Of a stretch of DNA of 64,000 nt, positions 10,667 through 20,719 are shown in pieces. The stretch comes from Nitrospirales bacterium. Lineage in GTDB: Bacteria; Nitrospirota; Nitrospiria; Nitrospirales; UBA8639. The stretch is from assembly GCA_965223295.1 (NCBI GenBank), contig CBDCWC010000003.1, forward strand, positions 320,001-384,000. The letters run 5' to 3'. The notes below the pieces were generated by a model. It was not told the origin of the DNA. It did no database searches and worked only from the letters and a program-made list of their open reading frames with translations. Position 1 is the stretch's first letter. Each line of letters starts with the position of its first letter. The position numbers were made by a program, and so were the translations under genes.

Positions 10667-12085
10667 ATGACTCAATTATCCAAATCCCCCAATCAACCAT
10701 ATAACCACGATATCGTCATCATCGGAGGCGGTTCAGCCGGATATGCGGCTGCACGCACGGCCGAAGCTGAGGGAGCCAACGTTGGGATTGTCGACCACGG
10801 CCCGCTTGGAGGGCTCTGTATCTTACGCGGCTGTATGCCAACAAAAGCCATGCTCCGCTCCTCGGATATTGCTGCACTCATGAGTCGAGCCGCAGAATTT
10901 GGCCTTAATATCACCCAAACTCAAGCCAACCTCAGCGCCATTATCGATCGAAAAAATCGGTTAATCAAGGAATTTGCGGATTATCGCATTCAAGCCCTTC
11001 AGGACTCACGGTTTACGCTTTATCAAGAACCGGCTCACTTTCTTTCCCCATCCCTCATACAAGCTGGCTCTCACCAACTCACCGCAAAAGCCTTCATTAT
11101 CGCGACAGGCTCCGTCGTGACACATATTCCCATCCCAGGACTAGAAGAGGCTGGCTTCATCACAAGCGACGAAGCCTTAGAACTGCGAAAACTTCCAGAT
11201 TCCATGATTGTCCTAGGAGGAGGAGCCGTAGCCCTGGAATTGGCTCAATTCTATTCTCGAATTGGAGTCCAGGTTACCCTCATTCAACGCAGCGCGCATG
11301 TGATGTCACAAGCAGACGAAGACTTAGCGATACCTGTTCAAGACAAACTCCAAGAAGAAGGGATGGCCATTTTTACGAACACATCGATCAAAGAAGTAAC
11401 ACAGTCTCCTAGTGGTCAGAAAACCGTTCATTTCCTGCATGACGACCAACCACACCAAGTCACCGCCTCCACCATCCTTCAAGCACTTGGACGCCACCCT
11501 AATATCGGTCGATTGCAGATAGATGCCGCTCAGGTGGCGATCGACAACAATACGATTGTCGTCAACAAACACATGCAAACATCTCAGCCACATATCTTTG
11601 CAGTCGGCGATGTGAATGGACTACATGAAATCGTTCATATTGCCATAGAGCAGGGAGAAATTGCCGGATGGAATGCAGTTCACCCGGATCAGCCACTGAA
11701 GCACTATGATGACCGCCTCAAAACGCAGGTCGTCTTTACTGACCCTCAGATGGCCAGCGTGGGGCTATCAGAACGAGAATGCATTCAGGACCATGTTCCA
11801 TTTCTTGTCGCCTCGTACCCCTTCAACGATCACGGTAAATCACTCTGCCTGGGCGAACTCCATGGACATGTCAAAATTCTATGCCACCCGCAATCCGGGG
11901 AAATTCTGGGTGGACATATCGTCGGACCAGAGGCTTCTGAACTGATCCATGAACTCACTGCCATTATGCATTTCCATGGAACCGTGCATGACCTCATAAA
12001 AATACCTCATTACCATCCCACCTTGGCCGAAATCTTGACCTACCCTGCCGAAGAACTTGCCGAAGAACTTCCCTCAGCCTCTTAG
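10667..12085 (+). CDS. Class I pyridine nucleotide-disulfide oxidoreductase (Lpd/MerA-like)
   Basis: GGGSAG FAD motif, GGLCILRGCMP redox disulfide, C-terminal YHPTLAE. Confidence 0.88.
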   Translation: MTQLSKSPNQPYNHDIVIIGGGSAGYAAARTAEAEGANVGIVDHGPLGGLCILRGCMPTKAMLRSSDIAALMSRAAEFGLNITQTQANLSAIIDRKNRLIKEFADYRIQALQDSRFTLYQEPAHFLSPSLIQAGSHQLTAKAFIIATGSVVTHIPIPGLEEAGFITSDEALELRKLPDSMIVLGGGAVALELAQFYSRIGVQVTLIQRSAHVMSQADEDLAIPVQDKLQEEGMAIFTNTSIKEVTQSPSGQKTVHFLHDDQPHQVTASTILQALGRHPNIGRLQIDAAQVAIDNNTIVVNKHMQTSQPHIFAVGDVNGLHEIVHIAIEQGEIAGWNAVHPDQPLKHYDDRLKTQVVFTDPQMASVGLSERECIQDHVPFLVASYPFNDHGKSLCLGELHGHVKILCHPQSGEILGGHIVGPEASELIHELTAIMHFHGTVHDLIKIPHYHPTLAEILTYPAEELAEELPSAS

Positions 12086-12252
12086 ATCACTTCTCCGTGA
12101 TCATCATTGCACAAATACCCTACTCGAAAAATTCATCAATATGTTGGGCCCATGGTGAATCTTTTACCTTAGGCTTCGAGCAAGGAACAAAGGTTTCCGC
12201 TGATGTTTTTGTCCGTAACAATTTTCAGTAAAGGTGGACTACATCTCAGCAA

Positions 12253-13068
12253 ATGGGGAAAAGCCTCGAGAAAAATAATCCGCATATTGAGGCCATCACC
12301 TGGAGAATTCTCATGAAAAACGACATAATGGAATCCAACATGGCCACGACCGCCACTTCACCCCAATCCTCATCATCATCCTCAGGAAAAATCCTTATCG
12401 GAATCGTCTTTCTTTTCGGGTTAGGAGCCTTCATGTATTTTGATCTCGGACAATATCTTTCCCTTGATTCCATCAAATCCAATCGCGATCTCTTACGAGG
12501 TTATACCGAATCGAATTATACGGTGGCGGTCATGCTTTTCATTCTTCTCTATGTACTCCAAACCGCATTTTCTTTGCCAGGTGGCGCCATTCTCACACTC
12601 ACAAGCGGCTTCTTATTTGGCAGTGTCATGGGAACAATTTTTGTCAACATCGGCGCAACGCTGGGGGCCACACTCGCGTTTTTGGCTGCGCGCTATCTCC
12701 TAAGAGATTGGGTAGAACGCAAAGTGGGGGATCGACTAGAAGCCATTCAGTCAGGATTTGCTCAAAATGCATTCAGCTATCTCCTGACTCTGCGTCTCAT
12801 TCCTGCCTTTCCCTTTTTCTTAGTCAATCTGGTATCCGGACTGACGCGCATCAACCTTGGAACCTACATTCTGGCAACCTCTCTTGGGATTATTCCTGGA
12901 AGTTTTGTCTTTGCTTTTGCGGGGCAGCAACTTGGCTCCATTAATTCACTGAGTGAAATAGCCAGCCCACCGGTCCTTCTGGCTTTTACACTATTAGGGC
13001 TCCTTGCCCTAATGCCAGTGGCCTATAAAAAATGGACGACCAGAAATACGTCCTCTTTGAACCCATGA
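12253..13068 (+). CDS. TVP38/TMEM64 (DedA superfamily) membrane protein
   Basis: SLPGGAILTLTSGFLFG, LRLIPAFPFFLVN motifs; true start may be ATG 12313 or 12340. Confidence 0.9.
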   Translation: MGKSLEKNNPHIEAITWRILMKNDIMESNMATTATSPQSSSSSSGKILIGIVFLFGLGAFMYFDLGQYLSLDSIKSNRDLLRGYTESNYTVAVMLFILLYVLQTAFSLPGGAILTLTSGFLFGSVMGTIFVNIGATLGATLAFLAARYLLRDWVERKVGDRLEAIQSGFAQNAFSYLLTLRLIPAFPFFLVNLVSGLTRINLGTYILATSLGIIPGSFVFAFAGQQLGSINSLSEIASPPVLLAFTLLGLLALMPVAYKKWTTRNTSSLNP

Positions 13069-13106
13069 CCACGCATTTGTCAACTGTGTAACTTTTGAGA
13101 TAGCTC

Positions 13107-14657
13107 ATGGAACGTCCACAAGCTACAGATAGGCCAGCGTTGATCCTTCCTGATGATCAGTACAATCAGGAACTGGTCAATAATGTGCATCCTCCTCACT
13201 GGAAAAATCCCAGTCCGACAGGGCGGTATAATTTAGTGGTGGTTGGCGCTGGAACGGCTGGGTTGGTTACGGCGGCAATCGGAGCGGCACTTGGAGCAAA
13301 AGTCGCGCTTGTTGAACGACATCTCATGGGCGGAGATTGTTTGAACGTCGGCTGTGTTCCCTCAAAAGGTCTGATACGGGCAGCCAAAGCCTGGACCTCA
13401 GTCAGGGAAGCTGAAGAATTCGGTTTGCACATATCAGGAGGCATCCAACAAGATTTCGGCGCGGCGATGACTCGTATGCGCCAACTACGGGCACGCATGA
13501 GTCAAGTTGATTCGGCTAAACGTTTCACTGAACTCGGAGTCGATGTCTTCATCGGAAACGGACGTTTCAGTAGCTCAGACACTGTCGATGTAGAAGGCAC
13601 CTCTCTGCAATTTGCCAAGGCCGTTATTTGTACTGGCGCACGAGCTGCAGCTCCTCCCATCCCCGGACTCGATCGAATCAAGTACCTGACTAATGAAACG
13701 GTGTTTTCTTTAACCGAGTTACCTAGACGACTGGGAGTCATTGGGGCAGGATCAATCGGTTGCGAAATGGCCCAAACATTTGCACGCTTTGGCAGTCGAG
13801 TGTTTCTGGTTGAAGCGATGCACGGCATTCTCCCCAATGAAGATCGAGACGCGGCAGAAATCGTCGAACGCTCCATAATCCGCGATGGCGTACAATTACT
13901 CTGCTGCGGGAAAGACTTAAACCTGAAAATGGTGAACGACACAAAACAGATGTCTGTCGACTCTCATGGCCAACATTACGATCTTTCAGTTGATGAGATT
14001 TTAGTTGGCGTCGGTAGAGCCCCGAACACAGAAAACTTGGGACTTGAAACCGTCGGCGTGGAATTTGATGGAAAGGGTGTGCAGGTCAACAACCGATTAC
14101 AAACCACCAACCCCAAAATCTTTGCGGCTGGCGACGTCTGCTCTCCCTTCAAGTTTACGCACACGGCAGATGCACAAGCCCAGATTGTCATCCAAAACGC
14201 CTTATTTCCACATCCTTTAGGTCTGGGGTACAGCAGCACAAACGATCTGACCATTCCATGGGCCACGTATACTCAACCAGAAATTGCCCACGTCGGGCTA
14301 TACGAAAAAGACGCTAAAACTAACGGCATAGCAATTGACACCTTCACGTTCCCACTCAGTGAAGTGGACCGGGCCATTCTTGACGGAGAGGAAGAAGGCT
14401 TTGCCCGTGTTCATGTGAAAAAAGGGACAGATGAGATTATTGGGGCAACCATTGTGGCCACTCACGCGGGAGATTTGATTAGTGAATATACGTTGGCCAT
14501 GAAAGGGAAACTCGGACTCAATACTATCGCTGGCACCATTCACCCTTACCCCACACAAGCAGAAGTCATCAAAAAAACAGCCAATGCTTGGAGAAAAGCC
14601 ACACTCACCGAAACCAAAAAACAGCTCTTAGGAAAACTTTTTTCGTGGACTCGTTGA
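13107..14657 (+). CDS. Mercuric reductase-like FAD-dependent disulfide oxidoreductase
   Basis: GAGTAG, GGDCLNVGCVPSK, IHPYPTQAE; no C-terminal Cys-Cys pair. Confidence 0.88.
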   Translation: MERPQATDRPALILPDDQYNQELVNNVHPPHWKNPSPTGRYNLVVVGAGTAGLVTAAIGAALGAKVALVERHLMGGDCLNVGCVPSKGLIRAAKAWTSVREAEEFGLHISGGIQQDFGAAMTRMRQLRARMSQVDSAKRFTELGVDVFIGNGRFSSSDTVDVEGTSLQFAKAVICTGARAAAPPIPGLDRIKYLTNETVFSLTELPRRLGVIGAGSIGCEMAQTFARFGSRVFLVEAMHGILPNEDRDAAEIVERSIIRDGVQLLCCGKDLNLKMVNDTKQMSVDSHGQHYDLSVDEILVGVGRAPNTENLGLETVGVEFDGKGVQVNNRLQTTNPKIFAAGDVCSPFKFTHTADAQAQIVIQNALFPHPLGLGYSSTNDLTIPWATYTQPEIAHVGLYEKDAKTNGIAIDTFTFPLSEVDRAILDGEEEGFARVHVKKGTDEIIGATIVATHAGDLISEYTLAMKGKLGLNTIAGTIHPYPTQAEVIKKTANAWRKATLTETKKQLLGKLFSWTR

Positions 14658-14658
14658 T

Positions 14659-15456
14659 ATGAGAAAGAAAGCCATGCTCACACCAACACACCTACTTGGC
14701 AAAATTTTGGCGTTATCATTCGCACTCGGGCTCATTTTTTTCTTCGCTTGTTCTCCAATCGTTTTGGCCAAAGCAGATGAAGAATTCCCGATTGGCCTAT
14801 TTTCACAGGCTCAACCCGGTGGCAGCTTTCCAGACGGCTGGAAACCGCTGACCTTTGAGAAAATTCCAACCCATACACAATACGAACTGGTGAAGGATGG
14901 AGAACAGACTGTTGTCAAAGCCACCAGCCGTCAGTCCTCCTCTGGTCTCACACGGGAAATCATGATTGATCCGAAGGAATATCCCATTATTCAATGGCGC
15001 TGGAAAGTGAGCAATACATTCAACAATGGAGATATGACAAAAAAATCAGGTGATGATTATCCAGCCCGCATCTACATTACGTTTCAATACGATAGGGACA
15101 AGGTAGGGTTTTTTGAAGAAGCCAAATATGAAGCAGCCAAACTTCTCTATGGAGAATATCCTCCAATTGGAGCCATTAATTATATTTGGGAAAGCAAAAG
15201 CCCCATTGGCACCATTGCCCCAAATCCTTACACAGACCGCGTTCAAATGTTTGTCATTGAAAGCGGGGAGACGCGCTTAGATGAATGGGTCATGGAAGAA
15301 CGCAATATATACGAGGATTACAAAAGAGCCTTTGGAGAAGACCCGCCAAAAATCTCAGGCGTGGCCATCATGACAGATACCGATAATACACAAGAAGAGG
15401 CGGTGTCTTTTTTCGGAGATATCGTATTTAAAAAATCACTGATGAGTCATAAGTGA
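14659..15456 (+). CDS. DUF3047-family exported protein
   Basis: Signal peptide; WRWKV, KSGDDYPARIY, INYIW, IMTDTDNT motifs typical of DUF3047. Confidence 0.85.
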   Translation: MRKKAMLTPTHLLGKILALSFALGLIFFFACSPIVLAKADEEFPIGLFSQAQPGGSFPDGWKPLTFEKIPTHTQYELVKDGEQTVVKATSRQSSSGLTREIMIDPKEYPIIQWRWKVSNTFNNGDMTKKSGDDYPARIYITFQYDRDKVGFFEEAKYEAAKLLYGEYPPIGAINYIWESKSPIGTIAPNPYTDRVQMFVIESGETRLDEWVMEERNIYEDYKRAFGEDPPKISGVAIMTDTDNTQEEAVSFFGDIVFKKSLMSHK

Positions 15457-15611
15457 AAGATCTAGAGCAACAATCCTGACACAAAATTGAGCCATGCTCA
15501 CTTATACTCTAGGCATTTACTTCTATAGTATTTTAACTTTCAACTGGTGTCTCTTAAAATTCCTTCTCCCTCAAGGGCTTGGTTCCGAAGAGGAAACAAG
15601 GATCTCCTACT

Positions 15612-15802
15612 GGGTCTGTTGAAAAAACCCGCCAGCGGCGTTCTCGCCATTTTTCCGCGCTCACATAATGCCAGTATGCTCCGCCCGCAAAAAATGGCTG
15701 TGGCCTTGCTGGACGGACTTTTTTGACAGACCCGAGGCCTCTGACATGTGACACCACAGAGGCTAAATGTGGCCATTGATATCATCATTATTCAACAGTC
15801 TC
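15612..15802 (+). mobile_element. MITE-like element family A, copy 1
   Basis: Ends GGGTCTGTTGAA ... TTCAACAGTCTC, flanked by direct repeat CTACT; homologous to 29506-29762 and 42346-42534. Confidence 0.85.
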
Positions 15803-15867
15803 CTACTAGTTAAATCGCGATATTTGCGAAATCTCGGCACGAGGGCGAAGCTTCCACATTCACTTTA

Positions 15868-16008
15868 GGGCACCTCTAAAAACTGATGATTTTTTCTGAG
15901 GGCAAGGAAGCGGCGCGCGGAAAACTGGAGTGTATGGGCCAATACATGAGGATTTGAGCACGACGCTGACGCCACCATCGGGGAAAAGGACAGTTTTTAG
16001 AGGTGCCC
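15868..16008 (+). mobile_element. MITE family B, copy 1
   Basis: Perfect 18-bp TIR GGGCACCTCTAAAAACTG; 4-bp direct repeat TTTA on both sides. Confidence 0.9.
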
Positions 16009-16247
16009 TTTAGTGAGAACATGGCATCATTGCGAAAAACAGCTAGGCGTGCAATGTTATTGGACCCATTGAAATGAATGGAGAGAAGCTGAAAGCTCTT
16101 TCACCGTCAGCCTGAATGGTTAGCTCAAAGCTGCAATCGGCAGAAGGTCATGCCCATTGTTCATCACCTCATATGCTGTCATCTTCAGAAACCCAGATGA
16201 CATTCCTTATTACTTGAGGTTCCAGATCCAGTTCGGCTGGGAGAGAA

Positions 16248-16526
16248 TTACTCCTTCTGTCCGGTTTTTTTTATGATGTGATATCCAAATTGCGTTTTGA
16301 TGGGCTGGCTCACACTGCCATGTCCCATGCGCTTCACGGCGTCTTCAAATGCCTTGACCATTTTTCCTGGACCGAACCACCCCAGATCCCCACTTTTGGA
16401 TTTGCTGGGACAAGTGGAAAATTCTTTCGCCAACTCCGCAAATTTCCCACCCGTTTTCAAGCGTTTTCTCAGTTCAACGGCTAATCCTTTTTCTTTCACT
16501 AAGATATGACTCGCTCTCCACTCCAT
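16248..16526 (-). CDS. ppiC: Parvulin peptidyl-prolyl isomerase
   Basis: ASHILV, FAELAKEFSTCPS, GDLGWF, TQFGYHII; 92 aa. Confidence 0.93.
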   Translation of the reverse strand: MEWRASHILVKEKGLAVELRKRLKTGGKFAELAKEFSTCPSKSKSGDLGWFGPGKMVKAFEDAVKRMGHGSVSQPIKTQFGYHIIKKTGQKE

Positions 16527-16697
16527 ATGCTCTCCTTTCCCTTTATCATTCCCTAATCACTCTAGTTCTTTCGCAAAACTAACCGCTATAAATTTTGGCA
16601 CAACGAGATCACCCATGAAGCTCAGCCCATTTTTGACATTCACTGGTTTGCTCATTGCTATGAGGACAAGCCTATCAATCGCAGTTCTTTTTACATC

Positions 16698-17156
16698 TTA
16701 AAACCCTCCCGTCGGGCCGGTGCTTCCACCACTAAACCCTGGAATGACAGGAGACGCAGTGGGTTCGACTGGCGCATCAGGAACATTGCCATAGCGCCGA
16801 AGCGGAGGAGAATTCCAAATGACTTTATGACCAGGTGCAAGATTAGCGGCTTCAATAAAATGAGGCTTTGCCCCTACTGAGTCTCCCAAATGTTCCATGG
16901 TCACGGCTAAGTTGTAATGCGCTTCTGCCAGATCCGGTTGCGCTTGAACCGCCGATTGAAACTGCTGCCGGGCTCCCTCCCATCGCCCCTCCCGAAACAA
17001 ACGGTTCCCTTCTGTAAAGAAGTTCTGCACTTGCGCCATCGAATTGGCAGGAGGATCAAGCACCGTCAAAGGTGCAGGTTTATCGGAGGCACAGCCCAGG
17101 CTGATTAAAATATAAAGACAACACAGAAAAAAAACGATCAATTGCAACCCCTTCAT
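16698..17156 (-). CDS. TPR-repeat lipoprotein
   Basis: Lipobox SLG-C; AEAHYNLAVTM..A..HFIEAANLAP. Confidence 0.78.
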   Translation of the reverse strand: MKGLQLIVFFLCCLYILISLGCASDKPAPLTVLDPPANSMAQVQNFFTEGNRLFREGRWEGARQQFQSAVQAQPDLAEAHYNLAVTMEHLGDSVGAKPHFIEAANLAPGHKVIWNSPPLRRYGNVPDAPVEPTASPVIPGFSGGSTGPTGGF

Positions 17157-17257
17157 GGATCCCTCCTTCTGAAAACAATTTCGTATTCAACAGTGTTTTA
17201 ACGACTCCATAAGCCTTTACTCTCACTCCAACCCTTTCCCTAATAGAAAGAGAGAGT

Positions 17258-20200
17258 TTAAAACTTTCTATGACTTACGTTACTACTGCTATCAGTCGAG
17301 CCACGCTTCACAGTCACGACTTCTCCGATTCTCAAAAAAAACAACTTACATCCTTCGACATGGGGACCAAGTGACTGAAAAGCGGCATTTGCATAGATGT
17401 GCGCCTGTGATCTATATCTCTCCGCATACTCCACCACGTTAGAGGTAGTTACTCTATCAGTTTTGTAATCCCCAACCCAGACCTCCCCAGATTTTTCATA
17501 CACCACATCCATGATCCCTTCCATTATTCGGGGTTCTTTCTTTTCGTTAAGTGTTTCATGATCTGTCCAGGGTATGACGAAAGGCACTTCTCGTCCAAGA
17601 ATTGTCGCATTGTGTAACTCATCGTAAGAGGAAGAATGCAGAAAGGCTTCCATCAATTCTTCAATGTCCGCAACCACAAGATCAGTTTCTTGATCAGAAC
17701 GATCATGAAACATGTTATTGCGTAATATTGCTTGTAAAGGCTCTCGAAACGTTTGGAGGTCCAATTGAAAATTCCATTGTTCCAATATTCGATGCACCAA
17801 GGTTCCAATCTGTTGACTGCCTAATTTCGAATGTATTTGCCGAACGTAGGAAGGGTCAGAAGATGGGGACGTATGCAGCAAAGACGGACTCAGGAAAGCA
17901 CGATCTTGAACGATCTGTTCCCAAGCCATCTCCCGTTCACGATCTTTTTCTGGTGAAAGAAATACTGCTCTTTTTGGCTCAGGCACCCCAGATTTTGAAC
18001 CATTCTGAATGTTCTTTGACAGCAAGAGGTCTCGAGAAGTCACAACCGTTTGCCGAATCACTGATTCACCGATATGTAGGTTATCATGTTCAGGGTTGCC
18101 GATGTCTTCTTGGGCTACATCCTGGAGAAATCCCAAAAAACTCTCGCCGATCGGTTTGATCAATTTTCCTCCAGACAGGACTAACCGATCTCGAGCACGA
18201 GTCATGCCTACATACATCACTCGTCGTTGTTCCGCTTTCTGACAAATCTGTTCTTTTTCCCATAAGAACACCTGCCCTACATTCCAGGTCGGCGGAAACG
18301 TACACCCATAGACTCCACTCATCCAGTCAGCGGAGAGGTGAGCATGGCGATCTATCCCGGATGACTTTTGGTGCAAGCCTGGTAACACCACGACAGGAAA
18401 CTCCAATCCCTTGGCTTTATGAATCGACAACACCCGCACGGCATCTAACGACTCTTCCTCTAACACAGCTTCAGGTTCTGGAGGGTGGGTCATAATCGAT
18501 TCAACCAATTGAGCCACCCAACCGGAGAATGAAAGATGAGGAATTGCCGCCTGGGCCGTCATCAGGTCGCGAAGCTTCCAGATATTCCTCACAGCCTGCT
18601 CACCATGACTCGACGCTGCGGCTAACTCCAAAACCGGAAGCTGAGAAAAGATCTGGTCAATGCATTCAAAAACAGGAATACGTTTAGCCTGAACATGCAA
18701 CACGTTCAATTGTTCAAAAAGAAGAGTCACCACTGCCTTTCGTGGGCTGTTCCACGATTCCAGCATAGCAGTTCGTCGAATATCTAAAGGCCCAATCCGA
18801 ACGAGACTCATAATATCCTGATCAGGCACCCCACCGAGAGAGGAGCGCAAGATCCCAACCAACGCAATCGCATCGGTAGGATCATCCAACACTCTTAGCA
18901 CATTGACGAGATCGATGACTTCTTGCCGGCGATAGAAATGCCGTTCGCCATCAGTTAGATATGGCACGCCTCGACGATGCATGGCTTCCAAATAGACATG
19001 CGCATTGGTAAACTTTCGAAATAATACGGCCACATGGCCTGGACGCAATGGGCTCTGAATTCCCCCCTCTGACACCCATTGTGTATCTGAAGTCAACTGC
19101 TCCTGAAGCCATGCAGCCAACCATTCCGCTTCAACACGCGTGGCCCGATCGGCATCCCACTCTTCTTCTTCCGCCTTTGCCATCACACACAACTTCACTC
19201 CGGCCTCAGGCAAAACTTCTTCTCCTCCTCGCCCTGCCATCAAGGGAACATTGGGCGGTTGAACGTGCTCCTCCTGGACAAACAATCGATCAAAGATTCC
19301 GTTCACCACGTCAAGCACAGCGCGACCGCTGCGAAAATTTGTCGCCAAGGTACAGACAACTCCACCATCGTCCGTCAACCTACGAACCACATGATCAAAG
19401 GCTTGGATATCCGCTCGACGAAACCCATAAATGGATTGTTTAGGATCACCCACAATAAAGAGTTTTCCTGGCATCAATCGAATCGCGTCCCATTGCTGAC
19501 AGTGTTCACCTAATCGTTCACCCAAATACAAAAGAATTTCATATTGCAAGGGATCGGTATCCTGAAACTCATCAACCATGATTGCCTGAAAGTCAGCCTT
19601 GAGTTGCTCGCGTACGTGTGGAAAATCACGCAGAACATCTCGCACACGGACAATAAGCCCATCAAACCGAATCCACCCCTTGTCGGCATAAAGCTGACGC
19701 ACATGTTTCACAAATGGTTCGAGAAGAGATACCATTTTTTTCAAGAATTCCTCATCCACTTTCACAAGACGTTGTGCACTTTGAATCATTCGTCGCGCTT
19801 CCTGAAAATCGCTAGGATCCCATGCCTTCGGCGCTTGGCCAAGAGCGGATGCCAAGAGCGCGAGTTCATCAGCATCAAGAAGTTCATCCCCGACACAACT
19901 CCCTCCCAGCATGTGGTGAAATACGCGCTCGGCTAGGATCAACACTTTTTCTATCTTTCGTGGTTTCGCTGGACCATATTCTCGCAATAGAGATGCAATT
20001 CTTTGCCGATTCTTCTCTAACCACGACATCACAGCCGGCGAGGGAATAGCCGCATCTAATTGCCGATGGATCTCTGAAATTGAAACGTGATCATCACACA
20101 AGGCCAACGCACATTCTCGAATCCCTTTGAGATCCATGACATCCAGGATCTCTCGCCATTGCGCATGATGGGTTCCATCCTCACCAAGCGCTTCATCAAG

Positions 20201-20719
20201 CCAACGGTCCCATACCTCAGAAAACACCTGCACAAAGTGGGTCCCATCATCTTCTTGGAAATGGGGATCGACGCCACTTTCCAAGGGATAGAGTCTCAAG
20301 ACATGCGCGGCAAAACTATGGAGCGTCGTAATATGGGCTTGTTCAAGATCATTCAGAGCTTGCGTGATGGTATTTTCAATATGCTTCGCTGAAATTTGGT
20401 AACGTATTTGAAATGACTGGAGGAGAGGATACTCAGATGTTCCATTCTGTGTTACTGACTGACAGGCTGCTGAAAACTCATGTAATCTCTCGCGTAGCCG
20501 CGCTTTCATTTCATTCGCCGCTTTGTTTGTGAAGGTGAGCGCCAAAATTTCAGTTAATCGGAATGGACGTGGTTCTCGCAACAACGCATGCAGAAGTCGA
20601 TTCACGAGCAATGTGGTCTTCCCCGTTCCTGCGCCAGCCAAAACCACAACGTTGCGATCAAATGTTGTTTCTCCGAGATGCCGCGCTTCAGCATCCACCA
20701 GTGGAGAACGATTAGACAT
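17258..20719 (-). CDS. addA: AddA-like UvrD helicase with C-terminal PD-(D/E)XK nuclease
   Basis: AGAGTGKT, LTFTNKAA, VDEFQDT, VGDPKQSIY, SIHKAKGLEF, GIMD..DYKT. ATG 20719 overlaps the upstream gene's stop. Confidence 0.88.
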   Translation of the reverse strand: MSNRSPLVDAEARHLGETTFDRNVVVLAGAGTGKTTLLVNRLLHALLREPRPFRLTEILALTFTNKAANEMKARLRERLHEFSAACQSVTQNGTSEYPLLQSFQIRYQISAKHIENTITQALNDLEQAHITTLHSFAAHVLRLYPLESGVDPHFQEDDGTHFVQVFSEVWDRWLDEALGEDGTHHAQWREILDVMDLKGIRECALALCDDHVSISEIHRQLDAAIPSPAVMSWLEKNRQRIASLLREYGPAKPRKIEKVLILAERVFHHMLGGSCVGDELLDADELALLASALGQAPKAWDPSDFQEARRMIQSAQRLVKVDEEFLKKMVSLLEPFVKHVRQLYADKGWIRFDGLIVRVRDVLRDFPHVREQLKADFQAIMVDEFQDTDPLQYEILLYLGERLGEHCQQWDAIRLMPGKLFIVGDPKQSIYGFRRADIQAFDHVVRRLTDDGGVVCTLATNFRSGRAVLDVVNGIFDRLFVQEEHVQPPNVPLMAGRGGEEVLPEAGVKLCVMAKAEEEEWDADRATRVEAEWLAAWLQEQLTSDTQWVSEGGIQSPLRPGHVAVLFRKFTNAHVYLEAMHRRGVPYLTDGERHFYRRQEVIDLVNVLRVLDDPTDAIALVGILRSSLGGVPDQDIMSLVRIGPLDIRRTAMLESWNSPRKAVVTLLFEQLNVLHVQAKRIPVFECIDQIFSQLPVLELAAASSHGEQAVRNIWKLRDLMTAQAAIPHLSFSGWVAQLVESIMTHPPEPEAVLEEESLDAVRVLSIHKAKGLEFPVVVLPGLHQKSSGIDRHAHLSADWMSGVYGCTFPPTWNVGQVFLWEKEQICQKAEQRRVMYVGMTRARDRLVLSGGKLIKPIGESFLGFLQDVAQEDIGNPEHDNLHIGESVIRQTVVTSRDLLLSKNIQNGSKSGVPEPKRAVFLSPEKDREREMAWEQIVQDRAFLSPSLLHTSPSSDPSYVRQIHSKLGSQQIGTLVHRILEQWNFQLDLQTFREPLQAILRNNMFHDRSDQETDLVVADIEELMEAFLHSSSYDELHNATILGREVPFVIPWTDHETLNEKKEPRIMEGIMDVVYEKSGEVWVGDYKTDRVTTSNVVEYAERYRSQAHIYANAAFQSLGPHVEGCKLFFLRIGEVVTVKRGSTDSSSNVSHRKF

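Noticed and set aside
13107-14657. Calling this merA (mercury resistance)
   Set aside because: No NmerA domain, no C-terminal Cys-Cys, and no merR/T/P nearby.
15540-15788. Short ORFs over the repeats (also 36341-36658 and 42295-42544)
   Set aside because: They are incidental frames across MITE sequence.
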